DNA of 64,000 nucleotides from Draconibacterium sp. Its GTDB lineage: Bacteria > Bacteroidota > Bacteroidia > Bacteroidales > Prolixibacteraceae. The notes under the pieces are model-generated. The model did no database searches and was not told the origin of the DNA. It saw only the letters and a program-made list of their open reading frames with translations. The stretch is taken from assembly GCA_041546215.1 (NCBI GenBank), contig JBFEWU010000001.1, positions 1,056-65,055 on the forward strand. The letters are read 5' to 3'. The position numbers and the translations under genes were made by a program. Positions 18,928 to 28,381 of this stretch are shown one piece after another (positions within the stretch are counted from its first letter, which is position 1; each line of letters begins with the position of its first letter).

Positions 18928-21900
18928 ATGAAGAAAAATATATTCCAATTAGTAGCTATCCTGATGTTGGCGATATTCAGCACAGGGAGTTTTGCGCAAG
19001 ACAATCGCACTATAGATACCAAAGTTGCCGATGTGCTGGCACAAATGCCATGCAAAGATCTATCTCAACGCGACAAAGCGATGAATGAAATTCTGGAAAT
19101 GGGTTCTGCCGGCTATGAAAAATTAACAGCGATGTTAGTCCCTGCAGGAACCGGTGATGACACAGCAGTTCGTTTTGCACTGAATAGTTTCTCTCGTTTT
19201 GCCAGCCAGTTTGGCAAAAACGAAGCCAAAGCCCTTGCCGAAGAAAATCTGTTAAAAGCTTTAAAAGAAAATAAAGACGTGGAGGTAACAACTTTCGTCA
19301 TGAACCAGCTAAACCTGGTGGGAGGGCATACTACAATTGAGGTGCTTAAAGATTATCTCACCGACGAGGACCTGGTTGAACCGGCTACTCAAACCATTCT
19401 TTCCATTGGCTGCCCAAAATCGGCAGATTTATTTTTGAAAGCACTTCCAAAGGCTGAAGGAAAAGTTAAAATGACTTTAGTACGTGCTTTGGGTGAGTTA
19501 AAGTGCAAAAAAGCCCTGGCTGAAATTACTCCCTTTGTTTCTGCGGAGTGTGCTCCCATGCAAAAAACAGCTCTAACTGCATTGGCCAATATTGCCTCTC
19601 CCGATGCTTACAAAACCATGCTGAAAGCAGCCTCGAATGTTGATTTCAAATACGAAGCTACCAACGCTGCCGAATCGTTTATTACCTACACAAATCGTTT
19701 AGGAGAAGAAAACGAACTGGAGGCCATGAAAAAAGCCTGCAAAGCAATTATCAAAGCCAATACTGCTTCTACCCAGTTGCACAATTACTCTGCAGCTTTG
19801 GCCATTTATGCCAAATACCTGGGCTACGAAGCCACGCCTCTTCTTCTGGATGCTGTCGACAATCCGGATAAAGCATTTCGTTATTCAGTATTAAACACTG
19901 CCGGGAAATCAGGCGGTATTGCCGATACCCGCAAATGGATCGCCAAAGCAGAATCGGCATCTTCCGAAGTAAAAGCCGATATCATTTCAATGCTGGGTCG
20001 CCGTGGTTGCGAACTGGCCACCGATTTTATCAGTCAAAGTTTAGGTTCCTCTTCTGATCTTGTTCGAGAAGAATCCATTGTGGCCCTGGGTGAATTACAA
20101 AAAACAAAAGCGGTTCCGGCATTAATTGCACACCTGACAACTGGGAAAGATCTTGATGCCACTAAAGCGGTATTGAACCAGCTCCTGGACAAGGCACATT
20201 TGTATGCTGTTGCCAATAAGCTGGAAAGCACTTCGGGAAAAACCAAAGCTGCTGTGATTGACCTGCTTGCCGCAAAGGCCGGCTCTCAATATTTCAACGA
20301 AATTCTGGCTGAAACTTCATCTTCAGATAATGACGAAAAAACTGCTGCATTTAAAGCCTTAAAACATGTATCTACTTTCCAAAATATTGATGCTCTTTTA
20401 AAACTTTTGCTTTCAGTATCTGAAGAAACTGAAATTACTGAAACGCAAATGGCTGTTATTGCCGCAACATCAGGTGTTGAAGCCGAACAAAAAGCTGATG
20501 GTAAAGTGCTGAGCGCATTTAATTCGACAAACAAAAAAGAACGTGTAGTTGTACTACTTCCTGAGATTGGCGGACCTGTTGCCCTGCAAACAGTCACAAA
20601 ATCTTTTAATACTTCAGCAGGAAGCTTAAAAGAGGCTTCTTTTGAAGCACTTACCAATTGGAAAGATTACTCAGCATCCACATCATTATTCGCCATTTGC
20701 AAATCTTCAAGCGGTGAGTTCCAACAAAAAGCATTTAGCAATTTTGTCCGTATGGTTCGCTCTGCAAAGTTGCCCAACGACCAAAAGCTTTTGCAGTACC
20801 GTAAAATAATGCCTTATGCTTCCTCGAACGAAGACAAAAACGATGTGATTTCATCCATTGGTAACTTAAAAACCTTCCTGTCGCTGGCTTATCTGGAGCA
20901 ATATCTGGGCGAAAAGGAACTAGCGGAAGCCACTTCACGTTCGATGATGAAAATTGCACTTCCCAACAGCAATGGGGAAGGTGGTTTCTCGGGCGACATT
21001 GTGCGCAGAATATTAGGCAAAGCAGAAAAAGCATTGACCGGAGAAGACAGCCAATACGATAAAATAAACATTAAAAAATACCTGGATGAAATGCCAAAAG
21101 ACAAAGGCTTTACATCGATGTTTAATGGTAAAAACCTGGAGGGTTGGCAAGGGATGATTGCCGGTGGCAATCCAATTAAAATTGCTGCAATGAGCGACAA
21201 GGAAAGAGAAAAAGCTCAGGCAGAAGCTGATTTACATTTGTCGGAAAACTGGAGTGTTAAAGACGGTAAAATTATATTTAGCGGAAAAGGGCACAACCTG
21301 GTTTCCACAAAAAAATACCGCGATTTTGAAATGATTGTGGATTGGCTGATTACCAAAAAAGGTGACAGTGGAATTTACCTTCGCGGAACTCCTCAGGTAC
21401 AGATTTGGGATACTTCGCGTGTTGAAGTTGGAGCACAGGTTGGTTCGGGTGGTTTGTACAACAACAACCGCGATAATATTCGTAATCCATTAAAAGTAGC
21501 AGACAATCCGGTGAATGAGTGGAACACTTTCCGCATTACCATGATTGGCGAAAACGTTACCGTATACTTGAATGGTGAATTGGTGGTTGACAATGTGCGT
21601 ATGGATAATTACTGGAACCGCGAAATTCCAATTTTTGAGGAGGGAACAATTGAATTGCAGGCGCATGGAAACGAGTTGGCTTTCCGCGATGTTTATGTGC
21701 GCGAGATTAACACCAAAGAAATTGGATTAACACAGGAAGAAATCGACGAAGGTTTTATTTCGCTCTTTAATGGCAAAAATTTGGATGGATGGCAGGGAAA
21801 TAAAACCGATTATTATGCCCAAAATGGGGAGTTGCATGTAAATCCGAAAAAAGGCGGCCATGGCAATCTTTTCACTGAAAAAGAATACAGCGATTTTATT

Positions 21901-22329
21901 TACCGTTTCGAGTTCAAATTGACACCGGGAGCAAACAATGGTTTAGGAATTCGCGCACCGCTGGAAGGCGATGCTGCCTATGTGGGAATGGAATTGCAAA
22001 TTCTCGACAATAGTGCACCAATTTATGCCAAGCTGAAAGAATACCAATACCACGGATCGGTTTACGGAACAATTGCGGCAAAACGCGGTTTTCAAAAACC
22101 TGTCGGTGAATGGAATGTACAGGAAGTAATGGTAAAGGGCACTAAAATTAAGATCACCCTAAACGGTGAAGTAATTCTGGATGGTGACATTGCCTACGCC
22201 CGCGAACATGGAACAAAAGATGGTCGTGTTCATCCGGGATTAAAACGGGAAAAAGGGTATATCGGCTTCCTGGGCCACGGTTCTGAATTGTTTTTCCGAA
22301 ATATCCGAATCAAGGAATTAAGTAAGTAA
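18928..22329 (+). CDS. Secreted HEAT-repeat protein with two C-terminal DUF1080 (3-keto-disaccharide hydrolase-like) domains
   Basis: Sec signal; about 700 aa helical repeats; two copies of the (L/M)FNGKNL.GW ... FR....(K/R)E(L/I) DUF1080 frame. Confidence 0.85.
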   Translation: MKKNIFQLVAILMLAIFSTGSFAQDNRTIDTKVADVLAQMPCKDLSQRDKAMNEILEMGSAGYEKLTAMLVPAGTGDDTAVRFALNSFSRFASQFGKNEAKALAEENLLKALKENKDVEVTTFVMNQLNLVGGHTTIEVLKDYLTDEDLVEPATQTILSIGCPKSADLFLKALPKAEGKVKMTLVRALGELKCKKALAEITPFVSAECAPMQKTALTALANIASPDAYKTMLKAASNVDFKYEATNAAESFITYTNRLGEENELEAMKKACKAIIKANTASTQLHNYSAALAIYAKYLGYEATPLLLDAVDNPDKAFRYSVLNTAGKSGGIADTRKWIAKAESASSEVKADIISMLGRRGCELATDFISQSLGSSSDLVREESIVALGELQKTKAVPALIAHLTTGKDLDATKAVLNQLLDKAHLYAVANKLESTSGKTKAAVIDLLAAKAGSQYFNEILAETSSSDNDEKTAAFKALKHVSTFQNIDALLKLLLSVSEETEITETQMAVIAATSGVEAEQKADGKVLSAFNSTNKKERVVVLLPEIGGPVALQTVTKSFNTSAGSLKEASFEALTNWKDYSASTSLFAICKSSSGEFQQKAFSNFVRMVRSAKLPNDQKLLQYRKIMPYASSNEDKNDVISSIGNLKTFLSLAYLEQYLGEKELAEATSRSMMKIALPNSNGEGGFSGDIVRRILGKAEKALTGEDSQYDKINIKKYLDEMPKDKGFTSMFNGKNLEGWQGMIAGGNPIKIAAMSDKEREKAQAEADLHLSENWSVKDGKIIFSGKGHNLVSTKKYRDFEMIVDWLITKKGDSGIYLRGTPQVQIWDTSRVEVGAQVGSGGLYNNNRDNIRNPLKVADNPVNEWNTFRITMIGENVTVYLNGELVVDNVRMDNYWNREIPIFEEGTIELQAHGNELAFRDVYVREINTKEIGLTQEEIDEGFISLFNGKNLDGWQGNKTDYYAQNGELHVNPKKGGHGNLFTEKEYSDFIYRFEFKLTPGANNGLGIRAPLEGDAAYVGMELQILDNSAPIYAKLKEYQYHGSVYGTIAAKRGFQKPVGEWNVQEVMVKGTKIKITLNGEVILDGDIAYAREHGTKDGRVHPGLKREKGYIGFLGHGSELFFRNIRIKELSK

Positions 22330-22352
22330 TATCAATCAATTCAATATATAAC

Positions 22353-22399
22353 AAAGGATGCCATCCATCTGGATTAACCAGAAAAGGATGGCATCCTTT
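22353..22399. terminator. Long bidirectional terminator hairpin between convergent genes
   Basis: aaaggatgccatcc ... ggatggcatccttt with inner tctgg/ccaga stem. Confidence 0.8.
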
Positions 22400-22419
22400 T
22401 TATATTTTAGAATATTCCC

Positions 22420-22995
22420 TTAGTTTTTCTTCACATACTGCGTAAGAATAACAATGTGCTGTCCGTTCACTTTCCCTTCAATTTGCCCGGGATTATCGTG
22501 TACCAGTGAAATATTTCGAACAGCTGTTCCGCGTTTGGCCGTAAAACCACCCCCTTTAACATTTAAGTCTTTTATCAAAACCACGGTATCTCCGGCTTGT
22601 AAAACAGCTCCGTTGCTATCCAAATGTCTCACCACATCATCCGGATCAATTCCCTCGCCCGTAGCTTCGGCCCAGGCTTGTGTTTCTTCATCGAGGTAAA
22701 GCATATCCAGCAAATCCTGCGGCCATCCCTCAGTTTTCAGTCGGTTCAACATTCGCCAGGCAACTACCTGAACGGCAGGAATTGGACTCCACATACTATC
22801 GTTCAAACAACGCCAGTGGTTAACATCCATAGCTTCCGGATTATCGATCTGTGAAGAACAGGTAGCACAAATATAAATACTGTCTTTTTCACTTTCCTGT
22901 GTTGCCGGGGCTACTGTATAAACTCCCAGATTTTCACCGGCGCCGCAAAGCTCACAAACCGATGTGCGTTTTTGAAGGTCTCTTTCCATACTCAT
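22420..22995 (-). CDS. PhnA/YjdM-family zinc-ribbon protein
   Basis: CELC and CATC; C-terminal DSNG..L..GDTVVLIKDL.VKG. Confidence 0.88.
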   Translation of the reverse strand: MSMERDLQKRTSVCELCGAGENLGVYTVAPATQESEKDSIYICATCSSQIDNPEAMDVNHWRCLNDSMWSPIPAVQVVAWRMLNRLKTEGWPQDLLDMLYLDEETQAWAEATGEGIDPDDVVRHLDSNGAVLQAGDTVVLIKDLNVKGGGFTAKRGTAVRNISLVHDNPGQIEGKVNGQHIVILTQYVKKN

Positions 22996-23094
22996 GTTCC
23001 TTATTTTAGTGTCAATTAGAAGGTGGTGAAAAAATGCTTTCAGCCAAGCCAGGATTATTCTGTCGTTCCACCTTCCAAAAGACGAATGTGTCCT

Positions 23095-24096
23095 CTAAAA
23101 TAATTTTTTGAATCCAATAACATCTTTTACCTCTTTTAAGGTTTTGGATGCCGATTCCCGGGCTTTCTCAGCGCCCATTTTTGCCACTTTCGCCAAATAA
23201 GCATCGTCTTGCAGAATCTCAATGATACGCTCCCGGATCGGCGTAGTGTACGCAATGATGTCTTCTGCCAGTTGCTTCTTCAAATCGCCATATCGAATCT
23301 CACATTTATTATATAACTCATCGAAATGAGCCAGCGTATCAGGCGTGGATACAATATCCAACAGTGTAAACAAGTTTTGAATGGCTTCCGGCTTTTCCTG
23401 GTTCATTTTGGTCGGACCCGAATCGGTGACTGCACGCATTACCTTTTTACGAATGGATTTTGGGTCTTCATAAAGATTGATTGCATTCCCTTCTGATTTC
23501 CCCATTTTTCCTGACCCATCCAATCCGGGAACTTTAATCATATCACCACCACCAAATGTAAAGGGACGGGGAATTGGGAACACATCCGTTTTATACATGC
23601 GGTTAAATCGTTTGGCAAACTTTCTTGCCATTTCAAGGTTTTGCTCCTGGTCTTTTCCAACGGGCACAAAATGGGCCTTGTGAATAATAATATCGGCAGC
23701 CATTAAAACCGGATAGGTTAACAAGCCTGCGTTAACATTGTCAGGATTTTGCCGTGCTTTATCCTTGAACGAAGTGGTACGTTCCAGCTCTCCCAAATAA
23801 GCATTCATATTCAACAAGGTATAAAGCTCGGATACTTCCGGAACATCGCTCTGAATAAAAATGGTAGATTTCTCAGGATCGATTCCGCAAGCCAAATATT
23901 CAGCCAGTACCTGGCGCACTCCCGACTGTAAATTTTCAGGCGTTGGGTGGGTGGTTAAAGAGTGAATATCGGCAATAAAGAAAGAGCAGATAAAATCGTC
24001 CTGCATTTTTAAAAAATTCTGCACGGCTCCAAAATAGTTTCCAAGGTGCAAATAACCTGTAGGTCTTATACCGCTTACAACTGTAGGTTTATTCAT
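23095..24096 (-). CDS. trpS: Tryptophanyl-tRNA synthetase
   Basis: HIGH-like HLGN, KMGKS, YPVLMAADI, VPVGKDQ. Confidence 0.98.
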   Translation of the reverse strand: MNKPTVVSGIRPTGYLHLGNYFGAVQNFLKMQDDFICSFFIADIHSLTTHPTPENLQSGVRQVLAEYLACGIDPEKSTIFIQSDVPEVSELYTLLNMNAYLGELERTTSFKDKARQNPDNVNAGLLTYPVLMAADIIIHKAHFVPVGKDQEQNLEMARKFAKRFNRMYKTDVFPIPRPFTFGGGDMIKVPGLDGSGKMGKSEGNAINLYEDPKSIRKKVMRAVTDSGPTKMNQEKPEAIQNLFTLLDIVSTPDTLAHFDELYNKCEIRYGDLKKQLAEDIIAYTTPIRERIIEILQDDAYLAKVAKMGAEKARESASKTLKEVKDVIGFKKLF

Positions 24097-24318
24097 ATTT
24101 TATAAAATTGGTGGAAGACACTTAACAGGCGACCGACGATTTGAAAAGTTCCAATCTCCAGGTCAGACTTCCATTAATACCCATCTGATTTTTAAGTGAG
24201 TGCAAAAATAGGGATTCATGTTAAAAGGCAAAAGTTTAGAGTAAAAAGAACAAAATAAATTAATTTTGGACATGAAAAACTGTCTTGCACGAGGCTTTTA
24301 ACTTACCCCCATTTAAAA

Positions 24319-24349
24319 TTTGCAACAAAAGAAAATATCCTTAGCTTTA
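24319..24349 (+). promoter_or_regulatory. Putative promoter of the trpB2 leader
   Basis: TTTG (24319-24322), 19-bp spacer, TAGCTTTA (24342-24349), close to the TTTG/TAnnTTTG consensus. Confidence 0.55.
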
Positions 24350-24365
24350 CAATCCTTATAAAAGA

Positions 24366-24461
24366 ATGGAAATGAACAACATGCCTTTATACGGAAAAGA
24401 ATGGCACTGGCGTAACATAAAAATGGAAACGCGAGAAGGTACAATTATTTTTCGGACATAG
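24366..24461 (+). CDS. Trp attenuator leader peptide (31 aa, two Trp codons)
   Basis: Manual translation MEMNNMPLYGKEWHWRNIKMETREGTIIFRT*; TGG at 24402 and 24408; directly followed by a terminator. Confidence 0.7.
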   Translation: MEMNNMPLYGKEWHWRNIKMETREGTIIFRT

Positions 24462-24465
24462 GCTG

Positions 24466-24512
24466 AAAAAGGGATTTGTTGCGTAAATGCGGCAAGTCCC
24501 TTTTTTATTTTT
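24466..24512 (+). terminator. Attenuator terminator upstream of trpB2
   Basis: aagggatttgttgc / gcggcaagtccctt stem (3 G-U pairs), 6-nt loop, T-rich tail. Confidence 0.8.
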
Positions 24513-24549
24513 CGAACTTTAAAAAAGTTAAACCAATAAAAAGAAAATT

Positions 24550-25926
24550 ATGACCAGACAAAAGAAAATTTTTCTTGAAGAATCGGAAATGCCCAGGCAA
24601 TGGTACAACTTATCTCCCGATCTTCCAACACCTTTAAATCCGCCGTTGGGTCCTGATGGCAATCCTGTAGGCCCTGAAATGCTGGCACCTGTATTCCCGA
24701 TGAACCTTATTGAACAGGAAGTAAGCCAGGAACGTTGGATTGATATTCCCGACGGTATTCGCGATATTTTAGTGCAGTGGCGCCCAAGTCCGTTGATTCG
24801 TGCCTACGAACTGGAAGAAGCCCTGGGAACACCCGCAAAAATTTATTACAAAAACGAAGGCGTTTCACCCGCCGGAAGCCATAAACCAAATACCGCAGTG
24901 GCCCAGGCCTGGTACAACAAACAATTTGGCATTAAAAAATTAACTACCGAAACCGGGGCCGGACAATGGGGATCGGCACTTTCGTATGCCTGTGCACAAC
25001 TTGGCGGCATAGAATGTAAAGTATTTATGGTTCGTGTAAGTTTCGACCAAAAGCCTTTCCGTAAAATGATGATGGAAACCTGGGGAGGAAACTGCATTGC
25101 CAGTCCAAGCACCGAAACAAAGGCCGGACGCGATATTCTTGCTCAATTCCCCGATACACCGGGAAGCCTGGGCATTGCCATTTCGGAGGCTGTGGAAGCT
25201 GCTGTTTCTGATCCGACAGGCGAAACACGCTATTCACTTGGTTCGGTGTTAAACCATGTTATGCTGCACCAAACCATTATTGGATTGGAAGCCAAAAAGC
25301 AACTGGCTAAAGTTGGCATTAAAAATCCCGATGTGGTAATTGGCTGCTGCGGAGGTGGCAGTAATTTTGCCGGGCTTTCATTCCCCTTTATGTACGACAA
25401 AATAAACGGTGCCGACATACAGATTATAGGTGCTGAGCCATTCAGCTGCCCAACCTTAACCAAAGCCCCGTTTATTTACGACAATGGCGATGTTGCCCAA
25501 ATGACTCCGCTTCTGGCCATGAACAGCCTGGGACACAACTTCGTTCCGGCACCCATCCACGCCGGAGGTCTGCGCTACCACGGAATGGCACCACTGGTAA
25601 GTGCTGCAATGCGCGACGGATTAATGGATGCCATTGCCGTCCACCAAAGCGAGTGTTTCGAAGCCGGTTTGCTATTTTCAAAAACCGAAGGAATTATTCC
25701 TGCTCCCGAAACTACTCATGCCATTGCTGCTACCATTCGCGAGGCTAAAAAAGCAAAGGAAGAAGGCAAGGAGAAAACCATTCTTTTCAACTTTAGCGGG
25801 CACGGTTTAATGGACCTTGTGGGTTACAATAAATACATTGCCGGAGAATTACACGACTATGAATATCCGGAATCAGAAATCTCTGAAAACCTGAAAAAAT
25901 TAGAAGGATATCCTCTTCCTAAATAA
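24550..25926 (+). CDS. trpB2: TrpB2 (stand-alone tryptophan synthase beta-like PLP enzyme)
   Basis: [44 protein letters not shown]; 458 aa, no adjacent trpA. Confidence 0.95.
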   Translation: MTRQKKIFLEESEMPRQWYNLSPDLPTPLNPPLGPDGNPVGPEMLAPVFPMNLIEQEVSQERWIDIPDGIRDILVQWRPSPLIRAYELEEALGTPAKIYYKNEGVSPAGSHKPNTAVAQAWYNKQFGIKKLTTETGAGQWGSALSYACAQLGGIECKVFMVRVSFDQKPFRKMMMETWGGNCIASPSTETKAGRDILAQFPDTPGSLGIAISEAVEAAVSDPTGETRYSLGSVLNHVMLHQTIIGLEAKKQLAKVGIKNPDVVIGCCGGGSNFAGLSFPFMYDKINGADIQIIGAEPFSCPTLTKAPFIYDNGDVAQMTPLLAMNSLGHNFVPAPIHAGGLRYHGMAPLVSAAMRDGLMDAIAVHQSECFEAGLLFSKTEGIIPAPETTHAIAATIREAKKAKEEGKEKTILFNFSGHGLMDLVGYNKYIAGELHDYEYPESEISENLKKLEGYPLPK

Positions 25927-25949
25927 TTCTTAAACAGCTAATAGTAATT

Positions 25950-25984
25950 AAATCGCCGGGGCAATCTTGCTTCGGCGATTTTTC
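25950..25984. terminator. Terminator between trpB2 and lplA
   Basis: aaatcgccggggc/gcttcggcgattt stem followed by T-run. Confidence 0.8.
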
Positions 25985-26932
25985 TCAAAAGAAAATATAA
26001 ATCAGTTCATCCCCGGAAATTCCAAGCACCCGTTTTACATCTTCATAAAAATGTCTTTGCCCAACCATCTCCGTTGAAATCCTCTGTGCTTCTTCTTCCG
26101 AAAAATAATCTCCCGATATTTCACATTCCTCTACCAATCCTTTCTTCGCTGAAAGCCGGATAGAAATCTCTTTCCCGCCTATTTCAGCCTTGTTTCTAAA
26201 GGTATATTTAGGAGAATACCCAAACTTCCAATCCCAGCTTGCAAATTTTTCTTCGGCCAGTTTCCCTATATGTTCGGAATCCGCATCACTTAATACATGT
26301 ATGGAATTGCCCTCTTTTTCAAGTTGAACTTTAATCAGAAAATCAATGAAATCTTCAACTTCCAGTTCCTGTTCCAGGAAAGAAGAAATATTCGCAACAG
26401 CACTCCGATTGGATTGAACTGCCTTGCCCTGGTATTTACCGGGAACTACTTTAATGGCCTGCCCCAGGTTTTTCAGATCAGAATTGAACAGTAAAGTTCC
26501 GTGGTGTAAAACACGGTTTTTGAAAACATGCTCGGCATTGCCCGAAATTTTTAACCCTTCAATGAGTAAATCATTCCGCCCCGATGTTGTGGCCTCAATG
26601 CCTAACTGTGCAAGCGCTTCCCGAACCGGTTCGGTAAACTGGCTGAACGAAATTTCTGAAGGGCTCTTCACATTTTTAATGAATGTAAAGTTCACATTCC
26701 CCGAATCGTGATACACCGTTCCTCCACCTGAAATGCGTCGTGCTACGGTAATATTATTTTGGCGAACAAAGGGATAATTTATTTCTGCCAAAGCATTCTG
26801 ATGCTTGCCCAGCACTATTGTTTTATCGCTTTGCCAGAGCATAAAAATATCCTCGGTGAAATTTTTCAGCAAATATTCTTCGCATGCCAGGCAAAAAAAC
26901 GGGTTATTATTTTTCAGGTTAAGACAAAGCAT
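25985..26932 (-). CDS. lplA: Lipoate-protein ligase A
   Basis: LGKHQN, RRISGGGTVYHDSGN, KISGNA, HHGTLL. Confidence 0.95.
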   Translation of the reverse strand: MLCLNLKNNNPFFCLACEEYLLKNFTEDIFMLWQSDKTIVLGKHQNALAEINYPFVRQNNITVARRISGGGTVYHDSGNVNFTFIKNVKSPSEISFSQFTEPVREALAQLGIEATTSGRNDLLIEGLKISGNAEHVFKNRVLHHGTLLFNSDLKNLGQAIKVVPGKYQGKAVQSNRSAVANISSFLEQELEVEDFIDFLIKVQLEKEGNSIHVLSDADSEHIGKLAEEKFASWDWKFGYSPKYTFRNKAEIGGKEISIRLSAKKGLVEECEISGDYFSEEEAQRISTEMVGQRHFYEDVKRVLGISGDELIYIFF

Positions 26933-26935
26933 AGT

Positions 26936-28069
26936 TTATAAATTTTGAATCCAACGTTGAAATAATACATCGTAAACACTGTAATACATTTTTCCATCCG
27001 AATTGTATTGACTGTAAACCAAACTTTTTTTCTGTAAAGTTCCCAAGGAACGCAACACCGTTGCCGGACTTCCCAACTGGTGACTCTGTACAAAATCTTT
27101 CGAAGTTGGTGAATAAATTACACCATCGTGTGCTATGGCTTTTAGTAATTTCCACTGTTGCTGAGTGAGCATATCACGATATCCTAAAAAAACAGGTTGC
27201 TGTTCGGCAAGTAATTTTAATGCCTCATTATGCCAAAGGTCTGAATTAATTTTTTTGCCTGAATGGATAAAAACACGGTTACACAACAATTGAACGTAGT
27301 AAGTATAAACGTTTGTCCAGCCTAACATTTCCGATACCACGCTTGTTTCAATCGATTTATTGTGCTCAGTAAACTTAGTAATGATAAAATTACTGTACTT
27401 CTCAAAATCAATCTTATTCAATTGTAGAAACAAAGTACTTCTATAAAAAGGTTTCGAAGGATTCACAAACATTTCATTTATAATGTGAGGCTGACTCCCT
27501 GAAAAAATAAAAGTCACATTCTTTAATTGCTGAATGATTGTGCGCAACCAGGCCTCAACATTTTTTTCAGGATAATTGAGAATCTGCTGAAATTCATCTA
27601 TAGCGAATAAAACAGGTTTATTGATTTGTTCCAGAAAAGCAAATAAGGATCCAATATGCCTTTCATTTTCATGGCTTTGAAGATTGAATGAAACATTAGG
27701 CAAACCCGATAGTGCATCGAAAGTAAGAACTGGTCGCATTGTCTTGACAAAATTCCAGATTTTGGCCCCAATCCCAGAATTCTCAGGCACCGAATGAAGC
27801 ATGGCAGTTGCCAATGCGTCTAAAAAATCGCTGCTGCTTTCTGTCGGCAAAATGTCAACATAAATACAAACAAAATCATTTTGAAGCCGATGCTGAACAT
27901 GTTTTATCAGGCCGGTTTTCCCCATTCTACGTATTGATACCAGTGTGGTTGACTGGCCTCCTTTTATGTTATTAACCAGCGTTTGTGTTTCTTCTATACG
28001 GTCGCAAAAATATTCAGGGCCAAAATAACCTACCGATGGAAATGGTGTTAACGGTTTCTTTGCTTTCAT
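26936..28069 (-). CDS. AAA/STAND-like P-loop ATPase (archaeal-ATPase type) with C-terminal winged helix
   Basis: YFCDR, Walker A variant SIRRMGKT, Walker B AIDEFQ, FSGS; C-terminal wHTH-like segment; ATG at 28069. Confidence 0.82.
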   Translation of the reverse strand: MKAKKPLTPFPSVGYFGPEYFCDRIEETQTLVNNIKGGQSTTLVSIRRMGKTGLIKHVQHRLQNDFVCIYVDILPTESSSDFLDALATAMLHSVPENSGIGAKIWNFVKTMRPVLTFDALSGLPNVSFNLQSHENERHIGSLFAFLEQINKPVLFAIDEFQQILNYPEKNVEAWLRTIIQQLKNVTFIFSGSQPHIINEMFVNPSKPFYRSTLFLQLNKIDFEKYSNFIITKFTEHNKSIETSVVSEMLGWTNVYTYYVQLLCNRVFIHSGKKINSDLWHNEALKLLAEQQPVFLGYRDMLTQQQWKLLKAIAHDGVIYSPTSKDFVQSHQLGSPATVLRSLGTLQKKSLVYSQYNSDGKMYYSVYDVLFQRWIQNL

Positions 28070-28083
28070 GATTCGCAATTTAT

Positions 28084-28116
28084 AATTTACATTTTGCAAT
28101 TTACAAAATGTAAATT
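28084..28116. repeat. Perfect 13-bp inverted repeat with 7-bp spacer upstream of the ATPase
   Basis: aatttacattttg-caattta-caaaatgtaaatt. Confidence 0.85.
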
Positions 28117-28225
28117 ACAAACCGTAATATATTGAGTGATTTTCTCAAGATTGAAACGAGCATGGTCCGTCAGCCGACAGACACAAAAGGTTATGAATAT
28201 TAACCGCGGAGACGCAGAGGCGTAA

Positions 28226-28381
28226 AGAAAAATATTTGCACTTCTTCAGCATGAAAAATCGAATAAATAAATATCTGACGAACTGAGTATCAGCCTGAGC
28301 ACAGTTAAATCACATGTCAACAATATTTTTTCAAAGTTAAACATCGGTTCCCGAAAGGAAGTTTTGAATTTTAATTCTTAG
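28226..28381 (+). pseudogene. Truncated LuxR-type HTH regulator fragment with an internal stop
   Basis: RKIFALLQHEKSNK*ISDELSISLSTVKSHVNNIFSKLNIGSRKEVLNFNS*; no start codon, upstream in-frame stop at 28223. Confidence 0.8.
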
